Counted from the stretch's first letter, positions 19,963 to 28,326 are shown. The stretch: 64,000 nucleotides of DNA from an uncultured Trueperaceae bacterium (GCA_963799485.1 CAWCXJ010000006.1:416001-480000); one strand, 5' to 3'. A program made the numbers and translations. The notes: generated from the letters alone by a model not told the origin.

Positions 19963-20858
19963 GCCGGCCCTACGCCTAAAAGGATAAGCCCACCGACCAG
20001 CAGCACATTGACCATGCCGACGGGAATCAGCACGCGCCACGAGAGCTGAAGCATCTGGGCGGTGCTGAGCGGTTTGACGAGTCGCCCCAGGCCGAGCATC
20101 AGCGTCATTACCCCGAAGGTTTTGACAAGCATCCAGACCGGCGCAGGCAGCCACGGCCCCTGCCAGCCGCCCAGATAAAGTACGGCTCCCATCGCTGAGA
20201 CGGCGAAAAACAGTCCGGCAAGTACAAGACGCCAGACAAGCGCCTGCCAGCCGCCGACTACGCCCAGCACACCGCCACCGATGAACCGGGAAAACGGTTC
20301 CATAAAGGGTGCGCGGTACGCCTGCATCAGTCCGGTAACAAGGTAAAGCGCAAAGCCGACGGGCTGGAGCACTACAAACCATAAACTGCTCTGGCTTTCG
20401 ACGATGCTTACAATAGATAAAGACTCCGCCATCATGATCGCGCCGACATAGGCAAGCCCCAGCGGGACGATGTAGGCGACGAGCTGCGCGGTGATGCGGT
20501 AGTACGCGTCTACCGCGTCCGGTATGTTCGCGCCCCAACCCGTAAGCGCCACGCCCAGGACGACATAATCGACCACGACGATAAAGTAAAACGCGCCGAT
20601 ACCGATATCTTCTGCGACGAGGCCGGGGCCGAAAGGAATGACGACGAGGGCGAAGGACACGCCTAAGAGCGCCGAGACTGCACCTGCTGGGTAGAGCCAG
20701 CGGTCGGCGCTAAGGAGTTTGGCATCTTCCCGGATATGCGGCGCAGTCGCCGGCCCTAACTCGGCGCGGCGGCGCATGAACCGCTCGAGCCCCATCGTCC
20801 CCAATCCGCCGACAACGAGCGTTGCAAGAACGAAAAGCGCACCCGTAACTATTCCCAC
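19959..20858 (-). CDS. nuoH: Degenerate NuoH-like subunit
   Basis: ER, ADRWLY, IPFG, AQLVAY, RAPF, YLGGW, VKT, QML..SW; GTG start inferred. Confidence 0.85.
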   Translation of the reverse strand: MGIVTGALFVLATLVVGGLGTMGLERFMRRRAELGPATAPHIREDAKLLSADRWLYPAGAVSALLGVSFALVVIPFGPGLVAEDIGIGAFYFIVVVDYVVLGVALTGWGANIPDAVDAYYRITAQLVAYIVPLGLAYVGAIMMAESLSIVSIVESQSSLWFVVLQPVGFALYLVTGLMQAYRAPFMEPFSRFIGGGVLGVVGGWQALVWRLVLAGLFFAVSAMGAVLYLGGWQGPWLPAPVWMLVKTFGVMTLMLGLGRLVKPLSTAQMLQLSWRVLIPVGMVNVLLVGGLILLGVGPA

Positions 20859-21166
20859 TCGAGCCCCCCCATCGCCCAGGCGTAGGTAATTCCGGTTGAA
20901 AGAATCGCGATAAAAACGAGCATGTCTAAAAAGGCCTCGAGCCCTCTTTCGGCGAATACCACCGCCCACGGATACATATAGATCATCTCCATGTCGAACG
21001 AGAGGAATATCAGCGCGTAGACGACGTAACCAAAGCGAAACTGTGCCCACGCTGCGGGCGCTTTTAAGAGCCTCGCTTGCGGTCGCCAAAAGGCCGCGCC
21101 GAGCAGCGCAAGCCCGGCGGCGATGAGAGCCAGCAGACCGACGACGGCGTAACTGCCGAGAATCAC
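20849..21166 (-). CDS. nuoA: NuoA-like subunit lacking the YECG loop
   Basis: ALIFLSFDMEMIYMYPWA, YAW..GGLEW. Confidence 0.9.
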   Translation of the reverse strand: MILGSYAVVGLLALIAAGLALLGAAFWRPQARLLKAPAAWAQFRFGYVVYALIFLSFDMEMIYMYPWAVVFAERGLEAFLDMLVFIAILSTGITYAWAMGGLEWE

Positions 21167-21273
21167 GGCGCGTGTCCCAAAGTCCTATTTGGGCCGCCGC
21201 GAGCCGTGGGTTTACAAGACGTAGGTCTAAACGTGTAACTACCAACAAACCTCAGAATGCCATTTTGCTTCAT
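21163..21273 (-). CDS. 36-aa leader ORF coupled to nuoA
   Basis: AGGGGGAG RBS, ATG at 21273; TGA overlaps the nuoA GTG (GTGA). Confidence 0.5.
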   Translation of the reverse strand: MKQNGILRFVGSYTFRPTSCKPTARGGPNRTLGHAP

Positions 21274-21299
21274 CTGAACTCCCCCTACAGTCTGGCTAC

Positions 21300-21331
21300 A
21301 ATCTAGAAAATTTTTGTTAAGCGGCGATAAA
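21300..21331 (-). promoter_or_regulatory. Promoter of the nuo-like operon sharing a motif with 9804..9835
   Basis: TTTATCGCCGCTTAACAAAAATTTTCTAGATT, -10 TAGATT. Confidence 0.6.
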
Positions 21332-21379
21332 GGGGCCAAGCTAGGCGTCGGGCATATGTAAACGCGTCGGCAACCCGGC

Positions 21380-21814
21380 TTAGCGACGTGTCAGCGTAAA
21401 ACCTGCCCGCTGCCAAGCGATCATGCCACCCTGCAAATCCGTCACGTCGGTGTACCCGAGCCTGAGCAGCGTCTTTGCCGCAATCTCCGACATCCGACCG
21501 CTCATACAGTAGACGGCGATCTTCGCCGCTTTGTCTTGCGGTAAGCGGGCGCGCTGCGACGCAATTTTGTCGAAGGGGACAAACGTGTCGGTTCCCGGAA
21601 GTTCACCCTCGTAGGGAATATGGACGTTGATTAGCACAACATCATTCGTGTTCTCTAGCACGGCTTTCAACGTTTTTGGAGGCACAAGGTCGTAGGTACC
21701 AAAAGGTGTCGTGACGCTTTGCGCGGGTGCAGTTGTTCCCTGCGCTTCGACGTGAGTCCCTGCCCCGAACCATAACCCTAGCGCGACAACGGCGTACAGC
21801 AGCTTGAAGCTCAT
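21380..21814 (-). CDS. Exported rhodanese-like protein
   Basis: Signal peptide (VEA-Q); VYCMSGRMS, LQGGMIAW. Confidence 0.9.
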   Translation of the reverse strand: MSFKLLYAVVALGLWFGAGTHVEAQGTTAPAQSVTTPFGTYDLVPPKTLKAVLENTNDVVLINVHIPYEGELPGTDTFVPFDKIASQRARLPQDKAAKIAVYCMSGRMSEIAAKTLLRLGYTDVTDLQGGMIAWQRAGFTLTRR

Positions 21815-21850
21815 GCTTTCTCCCTTATTAAACAGCTATTGCCCTTATAT

Positions 21851-21935
21851 TCTTAGAATTGTACAAACCAACCTCTAGTACTTCACCCCGCCCAGGACAA
21901 CGCGGGCCCTCATCTGTCTTAGAACTGTACAAACC
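21851..21935. repeat. 19-bp direct repeat x2, 66 bp apart
   Basis: TCTTAGAATTGTACAAACC (21851) and TCTTAGAACTGTACAAACC (21917). Confidence 0.8.
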
Positions 21936-22015
21936 TCCTAAAATCAGTGTGACCTGAGTTAGGCTGAGTCACCTAAGTTACGATACCGCCTTTTACGGTA
22001 TTGCTACAAAGATGA

Positions 22016-22603
22016 TTATGAGTGCGACACAGACAGCGGTTGTGCGGAGCTGCGTACCTGCCTTATCCGACCAAGCAAGACGGTGATTCCTAGCAGGGCA
22101 AGGCTGGTGAGGAGTAAAAATGCGGCGTAGCCGAGCGGCTGGACGTATTCCGGTACGTCACGTGCGAAGCCGTCTTCAAAACGCGCCGATACAGTTTTCG
22201 ATAAAGCTTCCCCACGGCCTGATGGGGGCGACACATTGACCGTCAGCCAGGTCACCAGACCGGCTTGTCCTGGACCGTAGCGCAGATAAACGTTCCAGTC
22301 GCCCGGTGCCGGAAACGTATAGCGGAGCCGGTAGACCCCGGGCGCGCTGGGCTGGAGTACCCGGCGCTTGTAACGTCCTGCCTGACTGAGCGACAAGTAG
22401 AGTTCGCCGCGGTTGGCGCTGCCGGGCTCGAGGCGCACCTCAACCAAGCTTGGCTGCTCGGCCCCACTGCTGGTGATGGAAACGGTAGCAACCGGGGCGT
22501 TCGGGTCAACGGTCCGTTCACGGTTCGGCTCATGAGCCAAGCCCGGCGGCAGGGCCGTGAAACACAAAACCATAAACGTCCGCACTATAAACGTCCGCAT
22601 CAC
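22016..22603 (-). CDS. Exported protein with predicted mature N-terminal His, beta-rich domain and C-terminal TM
   Basis: Signal ...PPGLA-HEP; PGVYRLRYTFPAPGDWNV; C-terminal hydrophobic helix. Confidence 0.8.
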   Translation of the reverse strand: MMRTFIVRTFMVLCFTALPPGLAHEPNRERTVDPNAPVATVSITSSGAEQPSLVEVRLEPGSANRGELYLSLSQAGRYKRRVLQPSAPGVYRLRYTFPAPGDWNVYLRYGPGQAGLVTWLTVNVSPPSGRGEALSKTVSARFEDGFARDVPEYVQPLGYAAFLLLTSLALLGITVLLGRIRQVRSSAQPLSVSHS

Positions 22604-23691
22604 AGCTCGGCCCGCTTGGTTACCAGCGCCTTGCGAGAACGTGAAGCCGCCCTAGTCTCATCGGCGGTTCCGCTTGTGGTCTCGCCACGAAGTGCAGCTG
22701 CCACCCACGCACCTAACCAACCCATTAGCGCAGCTAAGCTGAGGCCCGGTAGCGCAGCTTGCAAGAGTACATCCGGGTACCAAACAATCCCCTCGCCAAA
22801 AGCGATAAGTAGCCAGTTGGCGGCGAGCATCACCGCACCGGCGACCAGCCCGAGCAACCAGGCCGGCAGGTTCCGGCGACTTAGTAAATCGACGGCTAGG
22901 CCCGAAAAAATCACAAGCGAAATAAGGGGCCGGGTAGCCCCTGCCCAACCTAGGCCGGCTGTCGTTATCAGCCAAGCTGCTAGACCCAGCCGGAACACCG
23001 TGTAAAGAATTGTAGTTACAGTAGCGGCCCACCGCCCCAGCGCCAACCGGCTTACCAGCAAGAAGACAAACGGAGGTAAGCCTACGAGCAGCACGGGGTG
23101 CCAAAAACTCGGAAACTGCGGGGTATTGAAGTCAAATTCTGCCAGTAGGAGTACCAGCCAGCCGAGTAGTGCAGCTGCGAAAAAAAGGGTCACGCCACTC
23201 AGTAAGTGCCTGCGGCTTTCACTTAAACGGCGTTCGAGCCAGGCGCTTACCAGGCCACCGAAGCTCGCAAGCGTAAGGCCTAAGATTCCAATGAGATGCA
23301 TCGGTGCCCAGAGCGTAACGTCGATGCCGAACAGCTCGTGCCAGAGTTCATCTAGTGGTGCAAACAGCAGCTCGAGCGCGGCACCGACAGCGACGATGAG
23401 GATACCGGGGTGAAGCCTGAGCTTACCCAGGCGCAGATGAAAGGGGGTGTTGCGGCGGTCGCGCAGAAGGCCGTAAAAGCTCGTTAAGAGTACGACGGCA
23501 ATACTCGAGTAAAGAAAATTGTGTGGCAAGGTAAAAAAACTATCACGCCCGATATCGATATGCCACGCTATATCCCAGTAAATACCGAGCAGTCCGGCAA
23601 GTGCGCCCAAGCTTAACACCGGCAAAACACCAAGCGCCCAAAGGTCCGGGCGGTCTTTTCCTGCTAACGTCGCCACTTCAGGGGTGTCCAC
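22600..23691 (-). CDS. Polytopic membrane protein with PmoC-like copper motifs and PmoA-like C-terminal half
   Basis: DIAWHIDIGRDSFFTLPH and DELWHELFGIDVTLWAPMH; AAGGAG RBS. The CDS is solid; the functional label is inferred. Confidence 0.7.
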   Translation of the reverse strand: MDTPEVATLAGKDRPDLWALGVLPVLSLGALAGLLGIYWDIAWHIDIGRDSFFTLPHNFLYSSIAVVLLTSFYGLLRDRRNTPFHLRLGKLRLHPGILIVAVGAALELLFAPLDELWHELFGIDVTLWAPMHLIGILGLTLASFGGLVSAWLERRLSESRRHLLSGVTLFFAAALLGWLVLLLAEFDFNTPQFPSFWHPVLLVGLPPFVFLLVSRLALGRWAATVTTILYTVFRLGLAAWLITTAGLGWAGATRPLISLVIFSGLAVDLLSRRNLPAWLLGLVAGAVMLAANWLLIAFGEGIVWYPDVLLQAALPGLSLAALMGWLGAWVAAALRGETTSGTADETRAASRSRKALVTKRAEL

Positions 23692-23808
23692 GTCTGGCTC
23701 CTTTCAGAGCGTCGCCGAGCCTGACTTACCACTTCCGTTCGGCGTCTAGCTAAACAGAAGGCTGTATACGAGACTATAAGACTCAAGCTACGAAACTCAA
23801 CCTATAAT

Positions 23809-24129
23809 TCAACCTTTGTACTTGAGCGCTTCCATTAGTTCGTCTACGATATGCTCGGTATCGCCGCGCAAGATAGCGGTCGAAACGTGGTCTCTGACAT
23901 GTGCGCGCAGCACCTTGTCGTTGACTTTAGTCAATGCCCCTTGTACCGCGCTCAGCTGTTTCATCACATCGACGCAGTAAACGCTCTCGTCTCCCAGCAT
24001 CCGCAAGATACCCTCGAGATGCCCCTTGGCACTTTTAAGCCGCAAAACGGCATCTTTGCGTGTTTCAGGGTCGAGATGAAGGCATTCCGAGGCGACAAGC
24101 GCCTCGGTTGCTTCAGCGTTGGGGGTCAT
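23809..24129 (-). CDS. csoR: Copper-sensing repressor CsoR
   Basis: RLKSAKGHLEGI, YCVDV, HVRDHV (Cys-His-His type as in Thermus). Confidence 0.93.
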   Translation of the reverse strand: MTPNAEATEALVASECLHLDPETRKDAVLRLKSAKGHLEGILRMLGDESVYCVDVMKQLSAVQGALTKVNDKVLRAHVRDHVSTAILRGDTEHIVDELMEALKYKG

Positions 24130-24329
24130 CCCGTTTTGAGCGTAGCCTGATAACCTTCGTCTTCGACGGCGGCGATCAGCGCTTCAGGTGAAGCCGTACC
24201 TTCAACTTCAGCCGTGCCGTCGGAAAGGTCGACGTGCGCTTTTTGGGTACCCGCGACAGACTCGAGCGCCGAGGTGACCGCTTGCTGACAATGTCCACAG
24301 GTCATACCGGAAATATCTAGCTTTGTCAT
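24126..24329 (-). CDS. copZ: Copper chaperone
   Basis: GMTCGHC HMA motif, 67 aa; GGAGG RBS. Confidence 0.95.
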   Translation of the reverse strand: MTKLDISGMTCGHCQQAVTSALESVAGTQKAHVDLSDGTAEVEGTASPEALIAAVEDEGYQATLKTG

Positions 24330-24346
24330 GCTTGCCTCCTTACATT

Positions 24347-24367
24347 CCCCCCCCACCTGGGGCGGGT
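24347..24367. promoter_or_regulatory. CsoR operator (copZ promoter)
   Basis: CCCCCCCCACCTGGGGCGGG C/G-tract pseudo-palindrome. Confidence 0.75.
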
Positions 24368-24469
24368 AGAATAAGAGTATAATCTTCGGGGGCGGCTTAG
24401 GCAAGTCCCGCAGACGACAATAGCAGACGACAGCAGCAGATGACAGCAATAGTTTATAAAGGGGACACC

Positions 24470-25297
24470 ATGAAAGTCCGTGCAGGTTGTGAACTTACCT
24501 ATAGGTCGGAGTATGAGACGCCGATACTGTTGAGCGTCCGCACGCGGCCTGGCAGCCGCTACCACCAAACACTCGCAGAAGCGCGCGTAGCCACGCCGCA
24601 GAGGACGCTGAGCGAGTACCGCGACCTTTACGGCAACGAGGTCTGGCGCACCGTCGTCGGGCCGGGAACCTTTAGTGTCCGGCACGACGTGCTCGCCGAG
24701 GTGCCGCCGACGCCCGACGCCGTACTGCCGGGACTCGCCGCGACGCCGGTTGCGGCGCTGCCCGACGAGGTGATGATCTACACCCTGCCGAGCCGCTACT
24801 GTCAGCTCGAGCCCTTTAGCGACGACGCCTGGCAGCTGTTCGGCAACCTCCGACCCGGTTGGGATCAGGTGCAGGCGATCTGCGACTGGTTGCATGAAAA
24901 TATCAGCTACGGCGCGGGCAGCACCACGGTGACGAGCAGTCACGAAGCTTATCTGGGACGCTGCGGCGTCTGCCGCGATTTCGCGCACTTGGGCATTGTT
25001 TTTTGCCGCGCGCTCAATATCCCGGCGCGTTACGTGTGCGGCTACCTGCCCGACATCGATGTACCCCCGGACGGCAGGCCGATGGACTTTCACGCCTGGT
25101 TCGAGGCGTTTATCGGCGGTGAGTGGCGCACCTTCGACGCGCGGCATAACCGCCCGCGTATCGGGCGCGTGCTGATTGCCTACGGACGCGACGCCGTCGA
25201 TACCGCCTTTTCGACGGTTTACGGCAACGCCCGGCTCTTGCAGATGAATGTTTGGGCCGACGAAGTAGCCGATGACTTTGTGTTGCCGCAGGAGTGA
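24470..25297 (+). CDS. Transglutaminase-like protein
   Basis: PSRYC, GVCRDFAH, IPARYVCGY, DFHAWFE, FD catalytic triad. Confidence 0.93.
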   Translation: MKVRAGCELTYRSEYETPILLSVRTRPGSRYHQTLAEARVATPQRTLSEYRDLYGNEVWRTVVGPGTFSVRHDVLAEVPPTPDAVLPGLAATPVAALPDEVMIYTLPSRYCQLEPFSDDAWQLFGNLRPGWDQVQAICDWLHENISYGAGSTTVTSSHEAYLGRCGVCRDFAHLGIVFCRALNIPARYVCGYLPDIDVPPDGRPMDFHAWFEAFIGGEWRTFDARHNRPRIGRVLIAYGRDAVDTAFSTVYGNARLLQMNVWADEVADDFVLPQE

Positions 25298-25334
25298 CCG
25301 GACGCCTGGATGATCAGGCTTTGGCTATCTCCGA

Positions 25335-25355
25335 CCCACCCCACCCGGGGGTGGT
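25335..25355. promoter_or_regulatory. CsoR operator (copA promoter)
   Basis: CCCACCCCACCCGGGGGTGG, matching the copZ site; TATGAT follows. Confidence 0.75.
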
Positions 25356-25401
25356 GGTGTATGATAAGTAAGCTCTCAAGTTTTATGAGGAGGTAAACCC
25401 G

Positions 25402-27924
25402 GTGAGCGAGATACGTACAGAGAACAAATTGAGCGTCGGCATTCAGGGGATGACCTGTGCGAGTTGCGTGGCCCGTGTTGAACGTGCGCTTACAAAAGTA
25501 GACGGCGTAGCAGAGGCGTCGGTCAACCTGGCAACTGAAAAAGCCAGCGTAACGTTCGACCCGCAAAAGGTCACTGTCGCGGCACTCTTGGGAGCCGTCA
25601 AAGAACGCGGCTATACGCCCGTTACGGCAGAGGCAAGTTTGAGCATCGAAGGGATGACCTGCGCGAGCTGTGTGGGCCGGGTCGAACGCGCCTTGAAGAA
25701 AACAGCCGGGGTGTTAGACGCTTCGGTCAACCTGGCAACCGAACGCGCCAACGTCAGCTATTTGCCGGACAGCGTAAGTCTAGGACAGCTCAAAGCCACC
25801 GTCCGCGGGGCCGGGTACGAAGTCCGCGACGAGACTCCCGGCAAAGACCGTGCCGACACCGAACGTGAAGCCCGCGAGAGCGAACTACGCAAATTAAAAA
25901 CGAACCTGATCGTAGCGGCAATCTTTTCTACGCCGCTGGTTCTGCTGGTGATGCTCCCTATGCTGGTCCCGGGTCTGGAGGCTCAGCTCATGCGCCTGGT
26001 ACCGATGCAAACGATGTTTTACGCTTCGTTCGTGCTGGCAACGGTTGTGCAGTTCGGCCCCGGCCTTCGTTTTTACCGCTCGGGTTGGCCCGCGCTGCGG
26101 CACGGCTCCCCGGATATGAACTCGCTGGTGATGCTGGGCACGTCGGCGGCTTACGGCTACTCGGTGGTGGCGACGTTTTTACCGCAGCTGCTGCCTGCCG
26201 GCAGCGTTCACGTCTACTATGAGGCGTCGGCTGCGATCATTACGCTGATCTTGCTGGGCAAGTACCTCGAGGCTCGCGCCAAGGGCCGCACCGGTGAAGC
26301 TATCAAAAAACTGATGGGCTTGCAGGCTAAAACCGCCCGGGTCGAGCGAGGCGGGGAGGCGCTCGAGCTGCCCATTGACGAAGTTGTACCCGGTGACGTA
26401 GTACTCGTGCGCCCTGGAGAGAAGATTCCGGTAGATGGACACATTGTATCCGGCTCCTCGTTTATCGACGCTTCGATGATCTCCGGCGAACCTGTACCAG
26501 TAAAAGCGGGCGAAGGCGATGAGGTCGTCGGCGGCACCCTCAACAAGACCGGCAGTTTCCGTTTTACGGCGACCAAAGTCGGGGCCGACACGGTGCTCTC
26601 CCAAATCATCAAGATGGTCGAAGACGCGCAGGGCTCGAAAGTCCCGATTCAAGCCCTCGCCGACAAGGTAGTCAGCGTGTTCGTTCCGGTCGTAATCGGG
26701 ATTGCGCTCGTGACCTTCGGAGTCTGGTTGGCGTTCGGCCCCCAACCGGCGCTGACCTTTGCGCTCGTAAACGCCGTCGCCGTGTTGATTATCGCGTGCC
26801 CGTGTGCGATGGGGCTGGCGACACCGACCTCGATCATGGTCGGCACCGGTAAAGCCGCCGAGTTGGGCGTTTTGTTCCGCAATGGTAGCGCGCTGCAGGG
26901 CCTGCAAGAAACCCAGATCATCGCGCTCGACAAGACCGGCACCCTGACCAAGGGTAAACCCGAACTGACCGACTTTACGGTGCAACCCGGTTTTGCCAAA
27001 CGTGAAGTACTGGCGCTTGTCGCGGCAGCCGAACAAAACTCGGAGCACCCGATTGCCGAGGCGATTGTGCAGGCAGCAAGGGCCGACGAGCTTACTTTGC
27101 CCGAGCCTGCAGCGTTCGACGCGGTTCCCGGTTACGGCGTGGAAGCGCAGATAGACGGCAAGCTCGTCCAGGTCGGCGCAGACCGTTATATGACCCGGTT
27201 GGGGCTCGACGCGTCGGTGTTTGCCGCTGAAACCGGGCGTTTGGCCGATGAGGGCAAGTCGCCGCTCTACGCCGCCGTAGACGGCAAGCTTGCGGCGGTC
27301 ATCGCGGTTGCCGATCCTATCAAGGACTCGACGCCAGAAGCGATCAAAACCCTGCACGGGCTCGGTTTACGCGTCGCCATGATTACCGGCGACAACCGGC
27401 GCACCGCCGAGGCTATCGCCAGGCAGCTCGGCATCGATGAAGTTCTCGCCGAAGTGCTGCCGGACGGTAAAGTAGACGCCGTAAAAAGGCTGCAGGGCGA
27501 AGGCCGCAAGGTTGCGTTCGTCGGCGACGGCATCAACGACGCGCCTGCCTTGGCCCAGGCCGATGTCGGTCTCGCTATCGGTACCGGAACCGATATTGCC
27601 ATCGAGTCCGCCGACGTGGTACTGATGGCGGGCGACTTGCGCGGGATTCCGAACGCTTTGGCCTTGTCCAAACGTACCATCACCAACATCAAGCAAAACC
27701 TCTTCTGGGCGTTTTTTTACAACGTCATCTTGATTCCGGTGGCTGCCGGGGTGCTGTTTCCGGCGTTCGGTATCCTGCTTTCGCCGATTTTCGCCGCCGC
27801 TGCGATGGCGGTCTCGAGCGTGTTCGTCCTTACCAACGCCCTGCGCTTACGCGGTTTCAAGCCGCCGCTACAGGCCGAAACCAACACGGCTCCCCCCAAG
27901 GAAGCGCCGCTGGTAACGGCGTGA
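25402..27924 (+). CDS. copA: Cu(I)-exporting P1B-1 ATPase
   Basis: Two GMTCASC, CPC, DKTGT, SEHP, GDGIND, YN and MAVSS. Confidence 0.98.
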   Translation: MSEIRTENKLSVGIQGMTCASCVARVERALTKVDGVAEASVNLATEKASVTFDPQKVTVAALLGAVKERGYTPVTAEASLSIEGMTCASCVGRVERALKKTAGVLDASVNLATERANVSYLPDSVSLGQLKATVRGAGYEVRDETPGKDRADTEREARESELRKLKTNLIVAAIFSTPLVLLVMLPMLVPGLEAQLMRLVPMQTMFYASFVLATVVQFGPGLRFYRSGWPALRHGSPDMNSLVMLGTSAAYGYSVVATFLPQLLPAGSVHVYYEASAAIITLILLGKYLEARAKGRTGEAIKKLMGLQAKTARVERGGEALELPIDEVVPGDVVLVRPGEKIPVDGHIVSGSSFIDASMISGEPVPVKAGEGDEVVGGTLNKTGSFRFTATKVGADTVLSQIIKMVEDAQGSKVPIQALADKVVSVFVPVVIGIALVTFGVWLAFGPQPALTFALVNAVAVLIIACPCAMGLATPTSIMVGTGKAAELGVLFRNGSALQGLQETQIIALDKTGTLTKGKPELTDFTVQPGFAKREVLALVAAAEQNSEHPIAEAIVQAARADELTLPEPAAFDAVPGYGVEAQIDGKLVQVGADRYMTRLGLDASVFAAETGRLADEGKSPLYAAVDGKLAAVIAVADPIKDSTPEAIKTLHGLGLRVAMITGDNRRTAEAIARQLGIDEVLAEVLPDGKVDAVKRLQGEGRKVAFVGDGINDAPALAQADVGLAIGTGTDIAIESADVVLMAGDLRGIPNALALSKRTITNIKQNLFWAFFYNVILIPVAAGVLFPAFGILLSPIFAAAAMAVSSVFVLTNALRLRGFKPPLQAETNTAPPKEAPLVTA

Positions 27925-27972
27925 GGTGGCCCGTTACAGGCCGGTTTACGGCGCGTCTTGCGGAGGCAAACT

Positions 27973-28263
27973 GTGCCTGATTCTTCAACAAAAGGTCACG
28001 CCGAAGTTACTCTTTACACTGTTCCCGGTTGCGCCGACTGCGCGGCTGTCAAACGCTACCTCGCACATAAAGGGGTAGCGTTTCAAGAAAAAGATGTCAG
28101 CACCAACCCAGCCTGGATTGACGAGATGAAAGAGGTTTCGGGGGTACGCATTGCCCCCGTTACCGTCGTCGGCGACCGCGCGTTTTACGGTACTTTCGAC
28201 AGGCAAAAAGAGGGGCTCGAGGAGGCCCTGGCGTCGGTTCAACAAGAAAGCCGGGCGTTGTGA
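27973..28263 (+). CDS. Glutaredoxin/NrdH-like protein
   Basis: YTVPGCADC, cis-Pro IAPV; GGAGG before GTG. Confidence 0.85.
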   Translation: MPDSSTKGHAEVTLYTVPGCADCAAVKRYLAHKGVAFQEKDVSTNPAWIDEMKEVSGVRIAPVTVVGDRAFYGTFDRQKEGLEEALASVQQESRAL

Positions 28264-28326
28264 CCACGTTTGGTCAGATGAAGCTAAATACCTCGGTTTG
28301 AATCTGGCTAATTTATCTGAACGGTA

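Noticed and set aside
13963..21166. Mrp antiporter, DAB CO2 pump or hydrogenase membrane arm
   Set aside because: No MrpE/F/G, DabA or hydrogenase subunit is present, and NuoA plus NuoH are.
19078..21248. Long NuoJ (486 aa) and NuoH (429 aa) ORFs as fusions replacing missing subunits
   Set aside because: The extensions overlap nuoH and nuoA in other frames and carry no Fe-S or NuoI motifs.
22016..23691. Calling the host a methane or ammonia oxidiser
   Set aside because: Similarity is motif-level only, the B-like HxH is missing, and no downstream pathway genes are in the window.
24326..27696. Long antisense ORFs over the transglutaminase gene and copA
   Set aside because: GC-rich shadow frames of well-supported genes.
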